NCBI GenBank assembly: GCA_034430425.1
Contig: DAOUEK010000017.1
Span: 16,827 to 80,826, forward strand
Source: Anaerolineales bacterium
GTDB lineage: Bacteria; Chloroflexota; Anaerolineae; Anaerolineales; E44-bin32
Direction of reading: 5' to 3'
DNA: 64,000 bases
In this document: one piece after another, positions 9,627 through 17,402 of the stretch
How the letters are laid out: each line of letters begins with the position of its first letter
How positions within the stretch are numbered: position 1 is the stretch's first letter
Position numbers and translations under genes: made by a program
Notes under the pieces: generated by a model
What the model was told of the DNA's origin: nothing
The model's input: the letters and a program-made list of their open reading frames with translations, nothing else
The model's database searches: none

Positions 9627-11017
9627 TGCCCTACGACCTCATCGCCCTCGTTCAGCCCTTCCAGAATCTCGATGTACACGTCGCCGCGCAGTCCGGTCTG
9701 GATCGTGCGTTCCACGATCTGACCGTCCTGCCACATCTCGATTTCCGCAGAGCCATCGGAGCGAGCGCGCACCAATGCGCGCGGCAGCCGCAGCGCATCT
9801 GTACGCTTATCGATCACGATAGAAGCATCTACCGTCATACCCGGAGCGAGGCTTTCCGGCATTTCATCCGAATGAATGTAGACGGGATACAGCGGGCGAT
9901 CGCTGCCAGGTATGCGCCGCGGCACGATGCGGGTTACCTCCCCCTGGACGACTGCATCGGGCGCTGCATCGAAATAGAGTTCGACGGATTGACCGTCTTG
10001 GATCAGCGGCATGTCTTCTTCGATCATCGTCACCTCGACTTCCAGGGAGGATATGTCGCAGAGCAAGATGAAGCCGCTGTGTGCCGCCACGATGTCCCCG
10101 ACACGCGCAGTGACCTCCAGGATCACGCCGTCGAATGGGGCGATGATCTTAATTCCCACAAGCTCAGCTTCAGCTTGGGCGGCAAACGCTTCGGCTTGTG
10201 CCAGGCGAGCTTCGGCTTGTGCCAGGACATCCGGATCAGGTCCTTCCTTGACTTGTTCGTAGGCCAACGCGGCCACGACGACACGCGCCTCGGCAATCGC
10301 TATATCGGCATCCAACATCGCTTGCTGCAGCTCCGTCGGCTGCCCGTTGTACCAGTTCAGGGCTCTGGCGACAGAATCGCGGCTCATCCTGGCTTGTGCT
10401 AAATGAAGACGTGCACTTGCTCGAGCCGGATTGTTTTCTGACCGGCCGGTGTAGCGGTTAAGAGCGCTTTCGGCGCGTTTGACTTCTTCTTCAGCCAGAA
10501 CCAGCTTGGCCTCCGCGGCGGCGATCATCTCCGAACTGGCGCGGTTGCCTTCCTGTTGAACGGTGTTTTTGAACCCAGCCTGGCGCAGGGCTTCACGTGC
10601 GTCCACCAATTCCTTCTGCGCTTCGGCTGTGATCAGCGGTGCATTATCGTGGACTTGCCGTAATACAGTTTCCGCCTCCGCAAGTTCGGCCTTCGCCTGT
10701 GCCAGGTTCGCTCGTAGTTCCGCCTCGTTGCCCAATCTGGCCAAAACCTGACCGCGTGAAACGACGTGACCGGCCTGCACGTTGATTTCCGCCAGCGGGC
10801 CACTGGCCGCTGTGGCCAGAATCACTTCCCTGGTGCTGACCAGCCGGCCAGGGGCGTCTACCGTTTGTTGTACCTCTCCGCGTGTTACGGGAATCGTGCT
10901 GGGTTTTTGAACTTCGTCTTCTTTTTGGGTCTGGGCGCCTTGAAATCCCAGGAAACCCGCTGCAAGGATGCTTGCAACCCCCAGGATAGATAGTAGAACG
11001 ATCATTGAACGACGCAT
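9623..11017 (-). CDS. HlyD/efflux periplasmic adaptor (membrane fusion protein)
   Basis: Signal anchor, long alanine-rich coiled coil, and a C-terminal beta-barrel segment (IIAPFDGVI...). Strong AGGAGG RBS. Confidence 0.8.
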   Translation of the reverse strand: MRRSMIVLLSILGVASILAAGFLGFQGAQTQKEDEVQKPSTIPVTRGEVQQTVDAPGRLVSTREVILATAASGPLAEINVQAGHVVSRGQVLARLGNEAELRANLAQAKAELAEAETVLRQVHDNAPLITAEAQKELVDAREALRQAGFKNTVQQEGNRASSEMIAAAEAKLVLAEEEVKRAESALNRYTGRSENNPARASARLHLAQARMSRDSVARALNWYNGQPTELQQAMLDADIAIAEARVVVAALAYEQVKEGPDPDVLAQAEARLAQAEAFAAQAEAELVGIKIIAPFDGVILEVTARVGDIVAAHSGFILLCDISSLEVEVTMIEEDMPLIQDGQSVELYFDAAPDAVVQGEVTRIVPRRIPGSDRPLYPVYIHSDEMPESLAPGMTVDASIVIDKRTDALRLPRALVRARSDGSAEIEMWQDGQIVERTIQTGLRGDVYIEILEGLNEGDEVVGQ

Positions 11018-11223
11018 ATTGAAACCTCCTGCGAATCGATAAGCACAGGATGCCGGTCGTTGATTTCATTTGGATTTCAATGGGATTACAGTTCTGAAAT
11101 CTGGATGGTTGGGAAGAAATAGATCAAAATGGTTTGCGAGGATATCGACTTCGGAAAATCGGAGATTGGTCAGACGGAGCGGCGAGTAGTTGTGGCTATT
11201 ATTATTTCATGTGAGGGAGATGA

Positions 11224-11937
11224 TTATTCGTCGTCTGCGATCCTGTAGCCGATGCCCGGGACGGTGAGAATCAGGCTGGGTTTGCGGGGATCGTATTCCA
11301 GTTTCTCCCGCAGACGACGGATGTTGACGTTTACCGTGGCTTCACTTTCCACGTTGTTACTGTAGCCCCAGACGGCATCGAGGATCTGTGCCCTGCTCAG
11401 CGCTTGACCCCGGTGGCGGGCGAGGTACACCAGGAGACGGAACTCGGTGGGTGATAAATTCACAACGCCATCATCGCGCAGCACCCGGCCGCGCGTGCGG
11501 TCGATGACCAGATCTCCGATGTACATAATATCCCCTTCGGCGCCGGAGAGATCGCCATAGGACCGTCGTAAAAGGGCACGGATACGTGAAAGCATTTCGC
11601 GCAAGCTGTAGGGTTTGGTGACGTAGTCGTCAGCGCCCATCTCCAGACCAAGCACTTTGTCGACCTCATCGCTTTGTACCGTGAGGATCAGGATCGGCTG
11701 ATGGAACTGCAGTTTTCGTAAACGCTGGCAGACATCGAAGCCCGTGATGTCCGGCAAGCGCACATCCAGGATGAACAAGTCTGGTGCGCGTGCTTTGGCA
11801 TGGCGAATGGCTTCCTCGCCATGCGTAATCCAATCCACACCATAGCCTTCCTTGGTAAGCCCTTTTTCCAGGCTGGTTGCCACGGCGGGGTCGTCTTCTA
11901 CGAGCAGGATCTGGAATTGTTTTTTCATGGCCGGCAC
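11224..11937 (-). CDS. OmpR-family response regulator
   Basis: Receiver domain (ILLVEDD..., DLFILDVRLPD, KP) plus a winged-helix output (LSPTEFRLLVYLARH...GYRI). An alternative ATG start lies at 11928. Confidence 0.9.
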   Translation of the reverse strand: MPAMKKQFQILLVEDDPAVATSLEKGLTKEGYGVDWITHGEEAIRHAKARAPDLFILDVRLPDITGFDVCQRLRKLQFHQPILILTVQSDEVDKVLGLEMGADDYVTKPYSLREMLSRIRALLRRSYGDLSGAEGDIMYIGDLVIDRTRGRVLRDDGVVNLSPTEFRLLVYLARHRGQALSRAQILDAVWGYSNNVESEATVNVNIRRLREKLEYDPRKPSLILTVPGIGYRIADDE

Positions 11938-12058
11938 TCATGTGAGATTATACGATTTCTTCCCCAACTGCGGAAAGGCTTTGCCAAACGGGCGCTAAAT
12001 GGTCGATGTGCGCCCAATGATCTCGCAAGGTACAATAGATCCAAGGATGGTCAAGCGT

Positions 12059-13342
12059 ATGAAACTGTGTGTGATCGGTGCGGGGAGCAGCTACACACCG
12101 GAATTGATCGAAGGGATCATCCGCAATCAAGCTGTCCTGCCGATTTCTACAGTCGCTTTGATGGATATCGATGCGGACCGATTGCGGACCATCGCAGATT
12201 TCGCTCGGCGTATGGTGCAGGCTGCTGATGTCGAAATAAAAATCGAAGAAACCTTGGAACGTGAACCGGCGATCGAGGGTTCACGCTTTGTTGTCAGCCA
12301 AATTCGTGTCGGGGGGATGGCGGCGCGCATTCTGGACGAGACCATCCCGCCGCGTTTTGGCGTGATCGGTCAGGAGACGACCGGTCCCGGGGGGTTCGCC
12401 AAGGCGCTGCGCACGATTCCGGTTGTCCTGGACATCGCTCAAGAGATTGAGACGCTGGCCCCGGAAGCGATACTGATTAATTTCACCAACCCGGCCGGGT
12501 TGGTCACCGAAGCACTGCAGCGTTATTCCGGTGCGAAGAGCATTGGCTTGTGTAACCTGCCCATCGGCATGGAAATGCGCATCGCCAAGGAATTAAACGT
12601 GGAGCGGGATCGTATCCGCTTGGATTGGGTTGGCCTGAATCACTTGAATTGGACGCGCGGCGCATATCTCGACGATGAAGATATCTGGCCGCAGATTTTT
12701 TCCACGGCTTTGGAGCTGGCAGGGGAGCAAACGTCTGACGGCTGGAATTTCTCCCAGGATCTACTTCAGACTCTGGGTATGATCCCCTGCGGCTACCTTA
12801 ATTACTATTACAACCACGATTTCATGCTCGAGAAACAAAGAAGTGCGCCACGTTCACGCGGGGAGGAAGTTCGAGCGATCGAAGCCCAATTAATGGAAAT
12901 GTATCAAGATCCAAAACTGAATAAAAAACCTGCCCTCCTCGAGGAACGCGGCGGCGCCTACTACTCGACGGCAGCAGTCTCGCTCATCGCTGCCATCGTG
13001 AACGAAAACAGCGAAATCCACATCGTTAACACACACAATCAGGGTGCAATCCCGGATTTGCCGGACGATGCCGTGGTGGAAGTGCCGTGTCGAATAACTG
13101 CATCGGGTGCTGCTCCGCAGAAGTGTGCACCTATGTCGGCTGAGATACGCGGCCTGGTACAGGCGGTGAAGGCCTATGAGGAACTCACGGCGGAAGCAGC
13201 GGTCACGGGCGAACGGCGTACTGCGCTGCAAGCTTTACTGGCCCATCCACTCGTGCCTTCCTTTGGCGTCGCCAAGGAACTGTTGGATGCATTGATCGAT
13301 GCTCATCGGGAATACCTGCCGCGGTTCGCTGAGGGGAAATGA
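12059..13342 (+). CDS. glycoside hydrolase family 4 (6-phospho-beta-glucosidase / chitobiose-6-P hydrolase-like)
   Basis: N-terminal MKLCVIGAGSSYTPELIEG Rossmann motif and the downstream GLCNLPIG and NHLNW blocks typical of GH4. The track ORF starts earlier, at 11999. Confidence 0.85.
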   Translation: MKLCVIGAGSSYTPELIEGIIRNQAVLPISTVALMDIDADRLRTIADFARRMVQAADVEIKIEETLEREPAIEGSRFVVSQIRVGGMAARILDETIPPRFGVIGQETTGPGGFAKALRTIPVVLDIAQEIETLAPEAILINFTNPAGLVTEALQRYSGAKSIGLCNLPIGMEMRIAKELNVERDRIRLDWVGLNHLNWTRGAYLDDEDIWPQIFSTALELAGEQTSDGWNFSQDLLQTLGMIPCGYLNYYYNHDFMLEKQRSAPRSRGEEVRAIEAQLMEMYQDPKLNKKPALLEERGGAYYSTAAVSLIAAIVNENSEIHIVNTHNQGAIPDLPDDAVVEVPCRITASGAAPQKCAPMSAEIRGLVQAVKAYEELTAEAAVTGERRTALQALLAHPLVPSFGVAKELLDALIDAHREYLPRFAEGK

Positions 13343-14349
13343 CTGTGCGATGTGCACTTGGCGTTGATGGCGGTTCGAGCAAGACGCACGCGCTGCTGGT
13401 TGCTGAAACGGGTCAGGTGCTGGGATTCGGGCAGGCGGACGGCAGTAATCATCAGTTCTATGGAATCGAAAATTCGATGCGGGAAATCTCGAGTGCGGTC
13501 CATGCTGCTCTCGAACAAGCGGCGTTGAAGCCGGAAGACGTTGAACTTGGATGTTACTGCTTGTCGGGGGCCGATCTCCCCGAAGATTTCGACTTGCTGC
13601 ATAATGCGGTGGCAGACCTGTCTCTCTCGAATCAAGTGACAATCAGGAACGACACAATGGCCGCGCTGCGCGCCGGGTTATCACGGCCGTGGGGCGTTGT
13701 CGTCGTCTGTGGATCGGGTTTCAACGCCGCCGGACGGTCTCCGAATGGCGAGGAGTTCGTACTTCCCGGTCTGGGTCCGATTTCCGGGGATTGGGGCGGC
13801 GGAGGCGAACTCAGCCTGGAGATAATCCGCCAGGTCGCCCGGGCCTGGGATGGCCGCGGGCGAGCAACGATGCTGACGGAACGGGTTCTGGAAACACTGC
13901 AGGTGGAATCGGTTGAAGCGCTGATCGGAAATTTGTATCGGGAAGAGATCGATCCGCAAGTGCTCCTAGATATCGTGCCGCTGCTTTTTCAAGCTGCCGA
14001 GTCGGGAGATGATGTAGCCCGGGAGTTGGTCGTGCGCATGGGTACGGAAGTGGGCGTCACGGCGCTGGCGCTCATCCGGCGTCTGGAGATGACGGAAACC
14101 GATGTCGAAGTCGTCTTGGCGGGAGGTGTCTACAAGGGACAAGGCTCACTGTTGATGGACACGATTCGTGAGGCCGTGCATGCCGAAGTCCCGGATGCGA
14201 GGATCGTACGGCCGCGTTACGAACCCGTCGTTGGGGCTGCACTGCTGGCGCTGGATGCGATGGAGATCGCATTAACGCAGGCACACGACGAAGTATTGGG
14301 GCGTTCGCTGCCAGAAGCATTGATTTCGAAAACGGGATTTGCTCGATGA
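13339..14349 (+). CDS. BadF/BadG/BcrA/BcrD-type ATPase (N-acetylglucosamine kinase-like sugar kinase)
   Basis: LGVDGGSSKTHALL phosphate-1 motif and GSGFNA motif. ATGA overlaps with both neighbours. Confidence 0.75.
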   Translation: MTVRCALGVDGGSSKTHALLVAETGQVLGFGQADGSNHQFYGIENSMREISSAVHAALEQAALKPEDVELGCYCLSGADLPEDFDLLHNAVADLSLSNQVTIRNDTMAALRAGLSRPWGVVVVCGSGFNAAGRSPNGEEFVLPGLGPISGDWGGGGELSLEIIRQVARAWDGRGRATMLTERVLETLQVESVEALIGNLYREEIDPQVLLDIVPLLFQAAESGDDVARELVVRMGTEVGVTALALIRRLEMTETDVEVVLAGGVYKGQGSLLMDTIREAVHAEVPDARIVRPRYEPVVGAALLALDAMEIALTQAHDEVLGRSLPEALISKTGFAR

Positions 14350-15401
14350 GTGATCCAGGGCAAGGGTCCCGATTGGCGCAGGAGATCGTTGAGCAACCGG
14401 CTGTCATCCGCCGGGTACTCGACCTCGAGCGGGATAATATCGCTGCGCTGGCGGGTTTCTTCCGGGAGCGAAACCCGCATTGCATCGTGATTGCCGCCCG
14501 CGGCAGCTCGGACAACGCAGCTCGTTATGCGAAATATTTACTTGGCGCGGTGACCGGACTTCCCATTGCGCTGGCGACGCCTTCGCTGCTGACTGTTTAC
14601 AATCAGTCCCTGCGGTTGGAAAACACGCTGGTCATTGGCATCTCGCAGTCGGGACAATCCCCGGATATCGTCGCCGTACTCGCCGAAGGCGCTCGCAAGG
14701 CAGCCTTGACCGTGGCGCTAACCAACGATCTCGAATCCCCGCTGGCGCAGACGGCCGAATATTGCATTAATCTGCACATCGATAGTGAACGAAGCATCGC
14801 CGCCACGAAAACCTACACGGCTTCTTTAACGGCGCTGGCCATGCTGGCTGCGGCGTTGGATATCAATCATGATCGATCTCGAGCGTTGGAACAGATCCCC
14901 GATCTGCTTTCGCAGATCATCGCACAAGGCGATGCGATCCAGGAGGCGGCGAAGCGTTATCATCAGATGGAAGCCTGTGTGGTGATCGGGCGCGGGTATA
15001 ACTACGCCACGGCCTTTGAGATAGCCTTGAAACTTAAAGAACTCGCCTATATCCTGGCGGAACCGTATTCCTCGGCGGACTTCTGGCACGGTCCGGTGGC
15101 GCTGGTCGAGGATGGGTTTCCCGTGATCGCAGTTGTACCGCAGAGTCCTGCGGCGGAAGAGTTGGAAGATTTGTTGGCCCACCTGCGTTCGCGCGGCGCT
15201 GACCTGGTGATTCTCTCCCCGCGGGCAGATGCGTTGCAGTTGGCAGAGACCCCGATTGCCTTGCCGGCCGGCGTGCCCGAGTGGCTCTCTCCGATCGTGA
15301 GCGTTGTGCCCGGCCAGTACTTCGCCCTGGGCTTGACCGTTGCTAAAAGCCTGGACCCGGATCGACCGCGGGGTTTGTCAAAGGTAACCCGTACGCGTTG
15401 A
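14346..15401 (+). CDS. SIS-domain sugar-phosphate isomerase/deaminase (GlmS isomerase-domain-like, no glutaminase domain)
   Basis: Two SIS repeats (IAARGSSDNAA..., GISQSGQSPD). About 350 aa, as in NagB-II/AgaS/FrlB-type proteins. Confidence 0.8.
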   Translation: MSDPGQGSRLAQEIVEQPAVIRRVLDLERDNIAALAGFFRERNPHCIVIAARGSSDNAARYAKYLLGAVTGLPIALATPSLLTVYNQSLRLENTLVIGISQSGQSPDIVAVLAEGARKAALTVALTNDLESPLAQTAEYCINLHIDSERSIAATKTYTASLTALAMLAAALDINHDRSRALEQIPDLLSQIIAQGDAIQEAAKRYHQMEACVVIGRGYNYATAFEIALKLKELAYILAEPYSSADFWHGPVALVEDGFPVIAVVPQSPAAEELEDLLAHLRSRGADLVILSPRADALQLAETPIALPAGVPEWLSPIVSVVPGQYFALGLTVAKSLDPDRPRGLSKVTRTR

Positions 15402-15514
15402 GCCTTCCTTCCACCCGGTGGCAGTGATTCAGGTAATATTGTTCCCTCAATATTCAGCGATTACGTGATAGGATGTTGGACAGACTTCGTACACCAGTCC
15501 CAGGGAGGATGAAG

Positions 15515-16204
15515 ATGCGCGTTGTCCGGTTATCGATATTCTTGTTGGCATTGGGCTTGATCTGCTCTTGTATTATCCCCGCCGAACCTACATTCGAAGC
15601 GCTCACCGCGACACCTACTGTTCAGAAAGTGCCCACTGCAACAGACACACCCACTCAGGAGCCCTCTCCGACCACGACTCCCGAGCCAACGAGGGATGCG
15701 TTGGCGGAAATGATCCTGGATCGGGCAGCAGTTGTGGTTGATCTGCTCGGTCGGGCCGACATGAATGCGCTTGCGGAATATGTGCATCCTGAGATGGGTT
15801 TGCGTTTCTCTCCATATGCCTATGTGCGTGAGGACGACGTTGTGTTCGGCATCGACCAAATCCCTGGGTTGTTCGCCGACACGGACACCTATCTTTGGGG
15901 GGTGTATGACGGCAGAGGCGATCCGATCGAACTCAGCTTCGCGGAGTATTTTAACCGATTCGTCTACGATCAGGATTTTGCCAAGGCAGAAGTTATCGCT
16001 TTCAACCAACGCATTGGCGGATCAGGCGGCACGATTAACAACATCGACGAGTTCTATCCTGGTTCGATAATGGCGGAGTATTATTTCTCCGGATTCAATC
16101 CGGATTATGCAGGGATGGATTGGCGCAGCTTGCGGTTGGTATTCATGCCGTATGAGGGCGAGTGGCTTTTGGTTGGAATCGTGCACGATGAGTGGACGAC
16201 CTGA
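15515..16204 (+). CDS. hypothetical lipoprotein
   Basis: Signal peptide with a Cys lipobox (LGLICSC) and a PT-rich linker. No family recognised. Start is 15509 or 15515 after GGAGG. Confidence 0.5.
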   Translation: MRVVRLSIFLLALGLICSCIIPAEPTFEALTATPTVQKVPTATDTPTQEPSPTTTPEPTRDALAEMILDRAAVVVDLLGRADMNALAEYVHPEMGLRFSPYAYVREDDVVFGIDQIPGLFADTDTYLWGVYDGRGDPIELSFAEYFNRFVYDQDFAKAEVIAFNQRIGGSGGTINNIDEFYPGSIMAEYYFSGFNPDYAGMDWRSLRLVFMPYEGEWLLVGIVHDEWTT

Positions 16205-16213
16205 AGTGTAGAT

Positions 16214-16690
16214 GTGACCACTCAGAGTGTACAACACTGTCTTTCCGTTGTATTCCTGGTAGTGGTGACCGGTTGTGCAAAATCGTCACCAGAACCTGCG
16301 CCTCGCAACGTAATACGGCCAGATTTTGAAACCGAGTTTGACCGCTTGTTCCTTTCCGATGAGCCGCTTCGTTATCAGGACAATGTAGCCTTTCTGGATG
16401 CCATAGCAGTGGGGGAGTTGCATTTCACAGAGAAGGACATCATTCGTACCAAACTGAAGCAGTTTCTATCCATGAAGCAGCAGGACCGGGATTATGCACC
16501 GGATTCCGAACACACAGGTGTTGCTTCTGGGATCGCCTTTTTACGGCTTAAGGCGGTACAACTATTGGCGCAGGTCGGCATGGGGGATGATATCGAGTTT
16601 ATTCGTCTACTGCTGGATGATCTGGCAGGAGAACATCCGTTGTTCGCAGAAGAATGTCGCCTTGCGATCGATAGCTTGGAAGCTCAATGA
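16214..16690 (+). CDS. hypothetical lipoprotein
   Basis: GTG start. Signal peptide with lipobox VTGC. Body looks HEAT/ARM-like helical. No family recognised. Confidence 0.45.
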   Translation: MTTQSVQHCLSVVFLVVVTGCAKSSPEPAPRNVIRPDFETEFDRLFLSDEPLRYQDNVAFLDAIAVGELHFTEKDIIRTKLKQFLSMKQQDRDYAPDSEHTGVASGIAFLRLKAVQLLAQVGMGDDIEFIRLLLDDLAGEHPLFAEECRLAIDSLEAQ

Positions 16691-16731
16691 AATTCTGCAA
16701 ATAGGTTTACTGGGATGAGAAAGAGGTTTAA

Positions 16732-17178
16732 ATGGGCTGCATGAGTTTGATGTTTAAAATCATCAATCCGATTATGAAATGGATCCTGCGATCACCGCTG
16801 CATTCGCGTATCAGTAAACGGATCATGATATTCACCTTCGCAGGTAGAAAGTCCGGCCGAAAATATTCAACACCGGTGAGTTATCTGAGAGATGGGGATC
16901 GGGTAGTATGTTTCACGCACAATCCCTGGTGGAAGAACATCGCGGAAGGTGCTGAAGTAAAAGTGAGAATCCAGGGAGTAGATTTCGATGGTCACGCCGT
17001 CGCCATCAGCGACGACGTTGAATGCAAGGTGGAAAACCTGACGAAGATGCTCAAAGCCGTGCCGGGCGACGCGGCATTTTACAATGTCAAATTCGATGCG
17101 AATGGAGAGCCCAAGAGGGGCGATGTCGAACGAGCCGCGCTGGATGCGGTGTTGATCAGCATCCAGCTTGAGAGTTAA
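16732..17178 (+). CDS. DUF385 / deazaflavin-dependent nitroreductase-family (PNPOx-like) protein
   Basis: RSPLHSRISKRIMIFTFAGRKSGRKYSTPVSYLRDGDRVV...PWWKNI resembles the conserved core of the F420H2-dependent quinone reductase (DUF385) family. Confidence 0.55.
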   Translation: MGCMSLMFKIINPIMKWILRSPLHSRISKRIMIFTFAGRKSGRKYSTPVSYLRDGDRVVCFTHNPWWKNIAEGAEVKVRIQGVDFDGHAVAISDDVECKVENLTKMLKAVPGDAAFYNVKFDANGEPKRGDVERAALDAVLISIQLES

Positions 17179-17192
17179 ACGGGTTTTCATTG

Positions 17193-17222
17193 TTGACCAT
17201 GCTTTCGGGAGAGTGCTATAAT
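17193..17222 (+). promoter_or_regulatory. sigma-70-type promoter of the aspS leader (TTGACC - 18 nt - TATAAT)
   Basis: -35 at 17193-17198 and -10 at 17217-17222. The expected +1 (7 nt after the -10) is A17229, the A of an ATG. Confidence 0.65.
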
Positions 17223-17228
17223 CCGCAC

Positions 17229-17318
17229 ATGTATGAACGTAAGTTGATCGAGGTGAAGGCGAACAATTCCAACAACGATGATCGCATACATCGGGTGGTG
17301 GGACTGTTCGTGCGCTAG
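17229..17318 (+). CDS. putative leaderless leader peptide of the aspS attenuator (29 aa: MYERKLIEVKANNSNNDDRIHRVVGLFVR)
   Basis: The ATG sits at the predicted transcription start with no SD. Codons 12-18 are AAC AAT TCC AAC AAC GAT GAT. Stop TAG is at 17316-17318. Too short for the ORF track. Confidence 0.5.
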   Translation: MYERKLIEVKANNSNNDDRIHRVVGLFVR

Positions 17319-17380
17319 CGCCACCAAGGCCAGATATTCCCGCCGCCCGATGTCAATCAGACCGGGCGGCGAATTTTTTA
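17289..17380 (+). promoter_or_regulatory. terminator/antiterminator switch upstream of aspS
   Basis: Antiterminator: 17289-17302 CATCGGGTGGTGGG pairs at 14/14 positions (2 GU) with 17339-17352 CCCGCCGCCCGATG. Terminator: 17341-17349 CGCCGCCCG pairs with 17363-17371 CGGGCGGCG, followed by AATTTTTTA. The two structures are mutually exclusive. Confidence 0.65.
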
Positions 17381-17402
17381 TAGGTAGAGAAGGAGGGCCA
17401 GG

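Noticed and set aside
8118-10402. Several 180-270-aa plus-strand ORFs (8118-8672, 8725-9270, 8976-9611, 9584-10402) antisense to the ABC transporter genes
   Set aside because: All lie opposite strongly supported genes (Walker motifs, FtsX, HlyD). Their His/Arg/Cys-rich low-complexity translations are typical of antisense frames.
17289-17302. GGGUGGU in the aspS leader looked like a T-box core
   Set aside because: The rest of the T-box consensus (ACCGCG) is absent, as are the Stem I elements (AGAGA box, distal loop, S-turn specifier loop) and the F-box. The segment pairs continuously (14 bp) rather than leaving a UGGN bulge. A leader-peptide attenuator explains it better.
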